DNA of 49,930 nucleotides from Chromera velia (taxonomy: Eukaryota), in the NCBI GenBank assembly GCA_018398765.1, contig JAHBMJ010000392.1:1-49930 (forward strand), in the 5' to 3' direction. Positions 22,865 to 34,690 of this stretch are shown here, one piece after another. How positions within the stretch are numbered: position 1 is the first letter of the stretch; each line of letters begins with the position of its first letter. Both the position numbers and the translations under genes were made by a program. The notes below the pieces were generated by a model. It searched no databases, was not told where the DNA came from, and was given only the letters and a program-made list of their open reading frames with translations.

Positions 22865-23751
22865 CTGGCGCCCTCCTCGATCGGGAAGACGACGTAGCGT
22901 TGAAAACCGTCTTACAAGGTTGAGAGTTTTGGCGAGAGTCGAGAGAAAAAGGCAATACGCAAGCAGTTTGTTTGTTTTCAGTTCTCTTCTGCCTCCAATC
23001 TATTGTCCTGAGTCCTTTTGTTCTGCTTGTTGACTTGGAAACGGCGTTTCTTCTTCCTGAAGATTCTGGGCTTTATGGAACTGATGATACAATGCCTCTT
23101 CCGGTCGCACTGCGGAGCTGGAGATGACTGTTTGGATAAAAAAAAAGGTTGTGAGGAGGAGACTGGGTCCTTTAAATGGAGAATGAGGCTGATAGAAAGC
23201 TGTTGGCGTGCCAATTCGTGTGTGGCGAGCGGTGGCGAGGCTCATGTGGGCAGACTTCAATGTGAGCAGAAGAAGAAGGCAAGCTGTCCAGGGGGGGTTA
23301 TGGTTTGGGCCTCCAAAAGCGGCAGTAGAATGTGGTATCTGCAGTAGTATGCAGAGAAGAAGAGGGTGAAAGGTGCGGAAATGTGCGGAGAAATCTTGAG
23401 GCAGGTGACGATAGAGACGCTTGTAGAGACGGATGGAGACGAATAGTTGCAGTTCACACGATTCCGTGCATAAAGTCCTTCCTGTGCTTTCCCTGTTTGT
23501 CCTTGCATCAATGAATGGTGTGTTTTACACTGGAAGAGAGTATGGGGACAGGGGGATAATAGAAGAGAGAGGAAGGCAAACCGGTGAATGAATTGAAAGG
23601 CTTTTTGCTTACTCTCTTGCAGACAGAAGCATGCACATCCCGAAAGTCAGAAAGAAATCAAGTGTACACGAATTGAAGATAGAATTCTGGGTGTATGTGG
23701 AGTTGCAGGCAGGTAGATAGTCTGAAGAAGAAGTGAGACGAAAAGAAAATG

Positions 23752-23920
23752 GAGGGAGATAAAGGTACAGCTCAAGGCGAGCGTGTCAGAAATAATAAAG
23801 AGCAGCGGCAGAAACCAGCTAAGAAAAGAAGGGAGAGAGGTAAAGGTACAGCTCAAAGCAAGTGTACCACTGTCAGAGATGACAAAGAGCAGCGGCAAGA
23901 AGCCAGCTGAGTGAGAGAAG
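23752..23920. repeat. Two-copy ~80-bp degenerate tandem repeat
   Basis: taaaggtacagctcaa...gtcaga...aaagagcagcggca...ccagct occurs twice. Confidence 0.7.
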
Positions 23921-24063
23921 GACCAGTGACGACTAGTTAGAAAGTGAATGCTCATTGCGAGCGCAGCTCAAGGCTGAAGGACAGGGGGATAGAACAGAAA
24001 GAGTGTCTTACCTCAACTATTAATGACTGTTAGTGAATCGACAGTGATTGTTCTGTCAATGAC

Positions 24064-24544
24064 GCATGCCGGGGGCGAGTGGGGTGCTTTTTACCCCCCC
24101 CTCTGCATAGGAAACCGGCGCTTTTCCGCAAAAAACTCGTTCTCATAATTGGTAAGGAGTTAGAAGCTGAAAATTTCTGTAAGAAGATGTTGTAACGATA
24201 AAAAAAGAACTATGGAACAGATTTTTTATATCATTTCTAGAAACATAGGCTGCCATATAAATTTTGTAAGTTTCATACCGTTTTCCTTACTATTCAAACC
24301 CGTTAACGTTTTCCTTACTATTCAAAACCGTTAAAAAATGGCCTCAAAATCAAAAAATTTGTATGGTAGCCTATATTTCTAGAAATGATATAAAAAATCT
24401 GTTTTATAGTTCTTTTTCTATCGTTATAACGTCTTTCTACACAAAGTTTCAGCTTTTAACTCCTTACCAATTATGAGAACGAGTTTTTAGTGGAAACGCG
24501 CCGCCTTAGGGGGGCAAAAAACACCCCACTCACCCCTGGCATGC
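24064..24544. mobile_element. MITE / non-autonomous DNA transposon with ~195-bp TIRs
   Basis: 24064-24265 is the reverse complement of ~24355-24544. Termini C(G/A)GGGG are flanked on both sides by GCATGC; internal ~29-bp tandem duplication. Confidence 0.85.
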
Positions 24545-24593
24545 GGAAGCGCATACTTGATTCGTCTCTTCTGATCGTTTCAATGAAAGGGGA

Positions 24594-24966
24594 GAGTGAG
24601 TTGGTATGGAAGTAATGAATGGATGCGTCGTAGTGTGTTGACGATGTCGTATATAGTGAGAGCAAGTGGCTTACCCATGTCATGCCGCTGGCCGCGAGTG
24701 GCCACAACGCCGGCGGTGCGCGTCGCTGGGCAATTGATTGATCTGCATGTAGTTGTGCTTTAAGTAGGCACGATCGTCTCCATGAAAAACGGTGCGATCC
24801 TCTTTAAGTTACATAGCTAGAAGAGAAACAGGTGAACAGCACCATAATGTGAATACGTAGGCAGACTATGGGTGAATTAAGGAGTTTGCTAGACATGTGG
24901 TGATGTAGGGAGAGCTGATCGATAGAGTTTGACAGCTAAAAAGCTCCTAGAACGGTCAAACGTTTA
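24594..24966 (+). repeat. Repeat family C, uninterrupted copy (empty site for the LTR insertion)
   Basis: Equals 10154-10263 joined to 22590-22864 across a single GGCC. Confidence 0.85.
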
Positions 24967-25179
24967 TTTGTGGTCATTCTGCTGCCAGTGTAATGATGGC
25001 CTTATGGAGCTCTTAGACTAAGCATCCTAGTTTATGCTTTTCATGATAAACAAAAATTAATACTTTTCATTCTCCATGTATTCGCGTGGTCAACTCTGTC
25101 TATCTATGGATGGGCGTAGTGGTCTTCTTTCCCCTTCCCGGCTTCTTCTAGGGTTTCTTCTTTAGTGATGCCCATGTCG

Positions 25180-25530
25180 AAGTATATATGTTTTTCGGGA
25201 CCGTGCGAGCATGCACTTGCAACTCCGTGCGAGTTACTTGAGGGGCACGCATGCGCAAAGTAATTAAGCTATAGGTATGTGCAATCGCGGCTCCGTGCGA
25301 GTTGCTTGAGGGGCATATTTTGGAATTTGGGTGACATACTGTGATAGACAGAGATAGAAGCGACCCCCCCCCCCCCAAAAATGAAAAAATGCGTTATGCG
25401 AGTGCGTGCGATCTCAGGGCCTCTCGGCTGATCTCAGCAGAGCTGAGCTGCCCCCCGAGGCGATAGCGCATGCATGGCGCGCCAGGTCTGCAGTTCGCGC
25501 GCAAAGCGCGCGCAACGGCCCGGTCAGTCT
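25180..25530. repeat. Dispersed repeat family A, copy 2, followed by the hairpin cgcgcgc-aaa-gcgcgcg
   Basis: Matches ~70-348; hairpin 25496-25512 is identical to 1448-1464. Confidence 0.75.
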
Positions 25531-25754
25531 GACATTATTATTATATAGTCAGACTGACTCTTCTGCTTCCTAAACCGATCTTCTAGAAACGATCTGCTCA
25601 AGTTCATACCTGCTTGAGTCATGTCAAAGGCTTCATGCACTAGCACTATATCCAGTAGACGCTGCCACTATTAATGACTATGGTGGGCAAAACATCGAGA
25701 CTCCAACATTGGCACGTACAAGATTTTGGAAGTTGATCGTTTGTCTTCTGCAAG

Positions 25755-27375
25755 ATGAGTAACGAGGTCGACCCCTTCTCGGTCGAAAGCCCTCCGGCAG
25801 ATTCTCTCCAGGGCATGGATTCCCCCCCAAAGTCTGCCAGCGTGCGGACCATGAGCCCTGCCCGTGATCCCAGCTACCCTGCTCGGCCGCTGTATGATAA
25901 GGTCGGTCGAGAAGTTCTTTGGTCGTGAGAACGAAACAAAAATCTCCCGCTCACAGTCTGGCTACTTGTGGTGCAGATAACGTATCATTGGAAGGCACGA
26001 AATGGGGAAATACGGCGAAAATTTGAGGCCAAGGCATACCGAGTCGATCATGTGATGGGACCACAAGGGGAAGGATTCATCCAGTGGGAGAGAAACGGAA
26101 AGGTCAGCTTACCCAAATATTTCAATCCCGTCTCTGTTTTTCTCACTCTCCGTGCATTCCGCCTTTATCTCTCTCTTCGTTCCAAAAGTCAATCAATTGA
26201 GCCATTCGAACGACTCGTGTGATATGATTTGTCCCTTCCTGACCACGCCCACCCTTTCTCGCATAAGCCCAGAGTTCTCCCTGATGGCGCTTACCTTTAC
26301 TATGGCATTCCTACCATCCTTCTTGCTGCCCTCCGCCTTCGTCATTCACTTGGCTTATGCGTTCCATCTCCGCATTCCTTCCTTTCCCTTTTCATCCTTC
26401 TGTCGCACTAATCACCGTCTCTTCTCACTCTGTTTTGCGCAGATTGAGAGGTTCGATTCTGTGCTGAACTGGACTGCGTGGATCGACCACCTGATGAACC
26501 CAGAGAACCCCGCAGCGAACGAAGACGAGGATGAGATGGGCAGGACCTGGATGCAGGATGTAATGGTGGATCAGGGAGACGGGGGGAGGGGGGAGGGGGG
26601 GGACGAGAGCGCACGAGATGACGATATGGGGTGGGACAGTATTCTGAGGGGGGCGCCTCAGGTTGGGCCAGGGGGTGGGTGGATGCTGGGGTCCGAGGAC
26701 GGGGGTGCCGGTACATCGGGAGGCGGGGACACTTACTCGCAACAGTTTTTGAATGCCGCAGCTGGTATGAGGTTGGGAGGGGGGGCAGACATGCCGGGAT
26801 TGGACGGTGCCAAATGTGGGGATCTGGAACCTCTGGATGATGAAGAGGAAGAGGATGGAGGGCATGCGCAGCTAGACAGAAGGGCACAGGGACAGGGGGG
26901 GCATGTGGAAGGGCAAGGGGTTGGGGTTGAAGGAGGGAGTGGGGTGGATTGGATGCGGTCAGACAGTCCGTTCGATAACGCTCCTCCGACAGTAGCGATC
27001 AATGATCCTTTTGCGGCGGCGCAATTTGTGACGTCAGTCTCTGCCGGGGCAGGCGGTGGAGTTGTTGGAATGGCACCGCCGGGGCTACAGGATGGAGAGG
27101 GTGGGACCTCTGGGGATGCCCACCTGTGGGGACCCAAGGAAGCAGCCCCCCTTCCTGCCTTCTACTTCGACCATCAGCCTCTTGAGAATGGAGGTGGAGG
27201 AGGAGACTTCTTTGTGAATATGGGAGAAGGGGGAGGAGGGGAAGGCCCAAGTTTCGATGAGAACCCTGCAGAGGGGAGGCATGGTCCAGCCGCTTCTCCA
27301 AAGGTGGAGAGTGGTGGAGGTGCTGCACAGACAGCAGAAGGTGGAGAGGAAGCCTCCCAAAGTGGGGGGGAGTAG
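25755..27375 (+). CDS. Hypothetical ~401-aa protein: small globular domain plus acidic Gly-rich disordered tail (exons 25755-25901, 25977-26102, 26443-27375)
   Basis: Three phase-0-compatible GT-AG exons give MSNEVDPFS...PLYDK|ITYHWKARNG...FIQWERNGK|IERFDSVLNWTAWIDHL...; TAG stop at 27373-27375. Upstream exons cannot be excluded. Confidence 0.75.
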
Positions 27376-29392
27376 AGGCACGAGGGGAAAGGAACAGAGG
27401 AGCAGGGAGGCTCGTAAGAAGCAGACAGTGTGAGAAAGGAGGGGAAGAGAAGAGGCCGAGAAAGAGCCTGAATGACGCAGAGGGGTTCCAACGAATCCAC
27501 TTTTCTGGCTCTTCGGTCACCCACCCTTTGCGTTCAGCATTCCCTCAAAGGTGTGCTCACACCGTGACTCCGTGAGACACACGCCCCTTCTCATGATTAT
27601 CAGCTCAGAGAAATTCACTCTTCCATTTCCGTCTGCGGACTCTGCGCTCTTATCCTTTCCTTTCCTTTGCACCTGTAAGCGAATGCTGACTCTAGAATGC
27701 GGAGGCACGCACATGCGCTGACTTCAAGTTTGATATTACAATTCAATATTTGGATCAGCGAATAGTCAAATCCTCTTCACAAAGAATCATGCAAATGAAT
27801 ACACAGTATAATGGTTCGCCTATAAAATTAAAGGTCTTTTAGGCGGCCCGTGATTGGTGATAGTGATTTAGTGATGCCCCTGGATTCTTCCAAAACTGCA
27901 TAGTGTGCAGTTCTTAAATTAGTATTTAAAAAATAGCTAGAAGTTTTAATAAATTAAGTCACACCTAGCCTTGTGACCTAGGGTCACACGCGGTCCTAGT
28001 CTAGCCCCCTAAATAGCACTACGTATAGCGTTGAAACGTTCGATCCTAGTATAGAAAATGTTAACTAGAATGTTAAAAAGCTGCCAGTGTGCACTATAAC
28101 GAATTTCGGATCATTTTCCGCAACGTACCTTAAAAATTGTTATGAAATCTGTTTAACCCCCACCCGTGTTCGATCCCGCTTTGACGGCCGGCGCTTTTCT
28201 TATTTAGATTAATTTGGCAACGTACCTTCATCCTCAAACATTTGTTTTAGGCTAGGTCTTAGGTTCCAAAAACCTTTTTTATATAAGTTAAAAACTTCTT
28301 TTATATAAGTTAAAAATTTATAATAAAAGAGCTTCACATCAAATTTTATCTTTACATGTAGCTATATATATACATAGTTATGTAAAACAGTTGAACACTA
28401 AAATAATATTTTTAATTCAGCTTATACAACACTGAAATACTAGCTAAAACAGCACTTGAACAATGTAACGTGGTGCTTTGTATGTGCTCATAGTCTGAAG
28501 GCGGTACGCAAAAACATACATGAGTCATTCGAAGGTTGTTGTTTGAATACGAAGTTCGTGTCCCAAATCAAGGTGAAACGATCTACTATAAGAATTTAAT
28601 AAGTACCTCGTTCTGTACATAAGCCTCTTTCTAAATCTCAATCAATCTCTCAATATCACAACTCTTGCACCATCTTCAACTTGCATGATGTCCCAATCTT
28701 ATAACGACAAAGGACTCTGCACACTTCATCATGCATGTCACTCGTATCCCAATACAACATGCGGAATAAAAGGTGCAAGCAACTGTGGTAAATTGCAAAA
28801 GTGTCTTTCGGTGCATTGGGGAAAATGTGTCTCCAATTTTTATAATGAAGGGCCTTTTCGACAGCAGGTTCTTCAGGTAGCAAAAGACTTACTGAGTGCA
28901 TACAGTGTGCTCCTGAAGAGGGAAAAAATGGGAGATCGAAGCCAAACAAAAAGTGTCAAGAGAAACACAAGCGATCGAACCACGCATGCATGCATGGATC
29001 GATTGCATGAGACTGACTGAGCAGTGGAAGAAGAAAAAGAAGATGGGTCAGTCTGGATGATCATCATGGCGTCCTGCATGCAACACACGCACGCATCAGC
29101 TGTCTGCGCAGGATCTGGTTCTGTGCGGGTGGTCGGATTGTTGTGCGACTCCAGTGAAGCCACGGTGCTGTTGGAGGTTGGATGGGGGTTTGCGGGGTCA
29201 CCGTGGGGTGGGGGTAGGGGTATAAGTACGTAGCCTACGTAGGGCATTCTTCGACTGAGGGTACTTGGGGCTTGAAGGGAGCGGGGTGGGGGGGGGCTCT
29301 GCCTGTTCTCCGTGGGGGGGGCTGAGAGGGTTTGGAGGGGGTCTTTACGGAGGGCTGGACGCGCTCTCGCTTGAAGGCTCCTGTATGCCCTG

Positions 29393-29424
<32 letters not shown>

Positions 29425-31374
29425 CTCTCTTGCACTGGGAGGACAAATTTGTCCTTCGGACTTGTTTTCATCGGAAGTCCACGAGACGCGGGAGGTTTCA
29501 TGACTGAGTGAGTCGGACCTCAGGATTCTGCACGCGCAACATCACATGCACAATCCCATGAATTGAACATTGTGAGACTCTATCCCTAAGGAGGGTGCTT
29601 CAAGTCATGATGATGCTGTGCAACCATGCTATTCAATACTTCCTTTTCTGAAGGGGGGAGCCCGGGAAGGATACCCAACAGCACACCTGCAGTCGACTGG
29701 GGTGTTGAGAGTCCCCCCCACATACAAAACGGCCGGATTCACTTCCGAAGAGCGCAAAGTCTTCTTTACCCATAAACCAACCGTTGTTGTCAATTTCGAA
29801 GCAAGCGTTCGCGCCCCCCCGGAAGGAACAGGAGATAGCGCAAAGAGAGAAATCTCGGTCGCCCCATAAAACGAAGTCCACGATAAAGAGCGAAAATACA
29901 GGCACGCAGAGGCACACATGCACACAGACACACAGATGGAGAGACAGAAGCGGGGTGGGGAAAGGGGGGGTCTGGGGCCGCCTTATGCATGCATGACGAA
30001 GCGAAAAAACCGTCAGTCAAGTCACGCGCTACAAATCGTGGAGTCCGAATCAAATGCGGATTCAAGAAGATCATTTGACCATGACGTAACAGAATGGTTT
30101 GACGGTCTCCCATGCGTCAGGTATTCTCTCATGCACAGCAGAACTTCATGAATCTTCAGGAGATCAAAACGAGTCCATCCAGCGGGATATCTATATACTG
30201 ATAACCGCTGGCCAAACACGCCAAATCCCGGGGGCGGACAGGCAGCGATGCGTACTGAAGGAAGAAGTGGAGCCGGGTCTCCTGTGCCCTCCGCATACAA
30301 GACTGCATGAAAAAAAAAAGAATGAAAGAGAAGCAAGAGAAATACGTGGGCGACCACGTAGCTGTAATGACGCCTCGAGGACATCACTGATCATCGCCAG
30401 GGTTGTGGAAGGAAGGCTTATGTTGGTTGAAAGTAATCCACAGATGATCTATCTGCCCTCATCGAGCTGTGTCTGTCAATCATGCAGTGATCCTTCAGTC
30501 CTTCCACAGGTGCATGTGTGTACATGCAGAAGGTGTACCGTCCTGCCCTCAGAGAATTAATGTTTGGGGGCAAGCCATTGAGAGTGAGAGCGAGAGAGAG
30601 GCCTTCCTTCTTGGACACGAACAGGAAGGCTCAGCCTGCTGTGGGATGGGGGGGCTGTCGGAATTAAGGCAAGGGGGTGCTGTCAGAAGGATGTCGGAAG
30701 GGGGAGGGATTCAGCTAGGGTGCTGGGGCAGCTGCAGGTCTTTAGATCTAAGTGGGAGTTTGCGGGGGATGATTCCCTTGGGCCCGCTTTGAGAGAGAGC
30801 GCCAGCGGACGGGGATCAGTGAGTAATCGGATCCGCGGGAGCACCGAAGTTGAAGAGAAAGGATCTGTTGAAGGGAAGAACTGGCGACAGGCAAAGCGCT
30901 TGCAAAGGTGGAACAAGTCAGGTTTCATTTGGTGCTTATGTCTCCATAGAAGGACCGAACCTCAGAGCGCCAGGCGGTGAAAAGGAACATGAAGTCGAAA
31001 TAGGCGGAAAATGCGGAACCTCTGACGCTGTCATTGCAAAAACGGCGGAGCCCCAACTCTTTCACGTCCTTGTTTGCAGACACTACGCAGCAGCTGGCCT
31101 GGGTTCCTGCTCCTGTCAGGTGAATCTTCTTCCTTCGTCTCTGCTGCACGCCCGAGTCCTTGTTCTGCAAACAATTGTATGACCATGCATGCAGTGCTTT
31201 TGACTGTATGACGCGCACAATGGATCTCTGCGAGCTGTAAGCTGAGAGCGGACGGAAAACAAATTCTCAAGTGTCTCCTGTCCTCAAGATAAACGAAAAA
31301 AGAGAACAAAGAAGCTGAAAGCAATCCATCAATCAATTGAAGAATCACTCAGTAAATGCAGAAAGAGAGGGAAA

Positions 31375-31630
31375 CTGAAAACAGAAAAAATGAGAGAAAT
31401 AAATAAATAAAAAAAGAAAGAAAGAAAGAAAGAAAGAAAGGAATGAAGGGAGGAAGGAAGGAAGGAAGGAAGGAAGGAAGGAAGGAGTGACAGAATGAAA
31501 GAATGAAAGAATGAAAGAATGAAAGAATGAAACAAAGAAATGGACAAAGAAAGAGAAAAAAGAAGGAGGAAAGGAAGGAAGAAAAGAAAAGAAAAGAAGT
31601 AAAGATGCTAGTAGTGAAAAAAGGAAAGAA
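31375..31630. repeat. GA-rich compound microsatellite ((GAAA)n/(GGAA)n/(GAATGAAA)n)
   Basis: Direct inspection. Confidence 0.9.
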
Positions 31631-32004
31631 AGACAGCCAAACAAATAAAGAGACCGAACAGGCAAACACCGAAAGAATCAATCAAGAGAGGAAAATCAAC
31701 AAAGCAGTGGGCAGAGAGATAAAACAAGAAAGCAGCGTCCAAACTTACATGTGCATTTGAGTTCCTGTTGCTGCTGCAGTGGGAACAGTGCATGGAGAAG
31801 AGTTTTGCTTACACTCGATCCGTGAAATATCCAGTGCTTGCCCTATCAAGTTCTTTTCCCATTTGCATGCCTCGAGGGACTTTTCCCATGCAAAATGATT
31901 CGAGGAACACGGCTTTAAGGACTCAAACGAATCTTCAAGAACACCGGGACTTACCGACGTACTGACTTGCTGTCAGACTTGCTGGCCGAGTACAAAAGTT
32001 AGTG

Positions 32005-32670
32005 ATTGACTAACTGACTGACTGACTGACTGACTGACTGACTGACTGACTGACTGACTGACTGACTGACTGACTGACTGACTGACTGACTCACTGACTC
32101 ACTGACTCACTGACTCACTGACTCACTGACTCACGGACGGACGGACGGACGGACGGACGGACGGACGGACTGACTGACTGACTGACCGACTGACTGACTG
32201 ACTGACGGACTGACTAACTGACCGACTGACTGACTGAGTGGCTAGTTGGCGGGCTCACTGACTGACTGACTGGCTGACTGACTGTCTGACTGACTGGCTG
32301 GTTGGCTGGCGGACTGACTGACTGGGTGGCTAATGATGTGCCTGACTGTGACTGCTGGCTGACTGACCAACGCGCTGAACGGCTTACGGATTCACTTACG
32401 CACTCGCCGATTGACTGCTGACTCGCTCGCTCGCAGGCTGGCTGACTGACGGTGTGTCTGACAGGCTGACAGACTGACTGGCTGACTGACTGATTGTGCA
32501 TGACTCACCGTGACTGGCTAACTGACTGGCCAACTGACTTGGTAACTGACTGACTTACTGCATGACAGACTAAACAGCTGATGCACTGTTTTACGTACAT
32601 ACCGACTGACTGCTGACTGGCTCGCTGACTGGCTAAGTCGCTGACCAACTGCATGGCCAGCTGGCTGACT
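32005..32670. repeat. (TGAC)n microsatellite with (TGACTCAC)n and (GGAC)n variants, decaying 3'-ward
   Basis: Direct inspection. Confidence 0.95.
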
Positions 32671-34454
32671 GAAGGAGGAATCACTTCAGCCCGAAGGGCA
32701 AGGTCACGAGAGCTCAAGATCCCCTTGTTGGCTCACTTCTTCGTGTTATATTCATTGGGGGGCAAATCAATACAGCCTATCGTGTATTCTTTGATTCTCG
32801 GAGCTGGCGTGCGGATGCACCATGCGAGCTTCTTCCCTTTTGACTGACCTTCGGCCTCTGACATGCAGCATTGAACGACTCTTGGACTCTTGTCTCCTCT
32901 TCTTCAGTCGTCATGGTAAAGAACCCAAGGGGCATGCAAGCGGCGGAGGGGTCCAGACGAGGTGAAAGACCATGAGAGTTGGAGGGAGGTGGAGGACAAC
33001 GGACATCGGTGAGTCCTCTCCCCATGCGCACGAGCAAAACGAACCCCGGTTTTGTTGAGAGGTCGGGTCGCCGCCGCAAAAAACCCCACGAGGTGCATGC
33101 ATGTATCGTCTATAGCTATTTTGGGCTTGCAGTCTCTGCATGGACGCCGCCGCCATATATGCAAAAAATTAATAGGACTTGCAAGTTGCAAGCTATATAG
33201 GCTCACAAAAAATCAAAAAAAAAATCTCACGCATGCATGCGTGCATGCGCGCATGTTAGTGCATGTGTGTGCATATGTATACGTATTTCTTTTCAAATTA
33301 ATTCAACCCGTCTCGCTTCGCCGGTATGTATTAATATATACACGTGGGGTCAACCCTCGATGGCTCATCCAATTAAGATCGACCTTATACTTCGCACAGA
33401 AGGGTACAGGGGGAAAAAGGCAGGTGTGTTTTTCCTCGGGTTACGATCTTTCTATCAACAGTCTGAGGAAAGTCTTGTTGCGGTTGACACATCCAACACA
33501 ACTTGAATCGACACGCCTTCGCTCAGCCCAGTTGCTCCATTACAAGAGGTTGTAACTTCCACAAGATTGGTGACGATGATTGTGGGCAGGCTGCTGTTTG
33601 GTGTTTTCGTCGCTCTCTGCCTGACTGCCATGGGAAACGGAACCAGTCTGGAGCAAAAGCTGAAGAAGAGATTTTCTGAGAAGGCCATGGGTGACTTGTT
33701 TTTTCTGAGGAGGTCTCAAGAAGAAGCAGCGAGGCAGAAGGAGGCAAACCCTCCCCCACCTCCACCCCCGAAGCCCCAGCAGACCCCAAAACAAGATGGA
33801 GGGATGGCAGGCAATGGCCCTTGGTGGACCTTCGTGTGAAGGCCCTTAGGCCGGGGAACTTATTGAGGATTTCTCCAAGCGATATCCGGTGGTCATCTTT
33901 TGTGAAGTGCATGCATGTCACAGATTGCATAGACATGCAACTCTTCTACGGTTTGTTGACCTCGAGGGCAGACAGGTGTCAACAGGGTGTTATAGCCAGA
34001 AGGGTCTGCGCAACAGGTTGTGTCTCCCGCCTGATGTGTATCGTTACAAGGAGACAAGACCTGCAACTTCAAAGCCTTCGCACGGAATGAGATCACAATC
34101 CTACTTCGCAGCTGCATCACTGAGAGTGCTTGGCCTGATGCCCTCACTGCTCACCGCGGGGGCCATTCAAGAGCACCGCATGTAGATGAAGACAATTAAA
34201 CGTCTCGACACACGGATGGAGCGCGGCATGCATGCCACAATGTCATGCTAGTCTATCCTGACCCTCGCACTTTTGTGTCGGCGAGACGCTCTGGAAAAAG
34301 TCAGTGGACGACGGAACTGCGGATGGGTCGGGATCGGTTTCATTCTGAATTCTATGTCAGTGTGCTGACTGTCAGTGAGTCAAAGACCGACTAACTCCTC
34401 AGACTCAATGGTCGGGCGATTACTGGCAGCAAGTGCAAACATTGAAGTAATACT

Positions 34455-34690
34455 CATCCATTCATTCATGCATTCCTTCATTCATTCCTTTCAGTTTATT
34501 TATTCCTTCGACTTCATTCAATTACCTATTCATTCTTTCAAGTTCATTCATTTTTTTATTCAATCATTCATCCATTCATTCAATGACATCCATTCAAGTT
34601 CATTTATTGAACTTTCATTGAATTTCATTCATTCGTTCATACACTCATTCATTCATTCATTCATTTATTCATTCATTCATTCGTTCCTTG
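34455..34690. repeat. Degenerate (TTCA)n microsatellite
   Basis: Direct inspection. Confidence 0.9.

Noticed and set aside
28650..31200. Possible decayed multi-exon gene on the minus strand
   Set aside because: Some splice-like boundaries, but frames contain stops and no motif is recognisable.
33400..34200. Plus-strand coding-like stretch (…RRSQEEAARQKEANPPPPPPPKPQQ…)
   Set aside because: Short, stop-interrupted and without identifiable homology.
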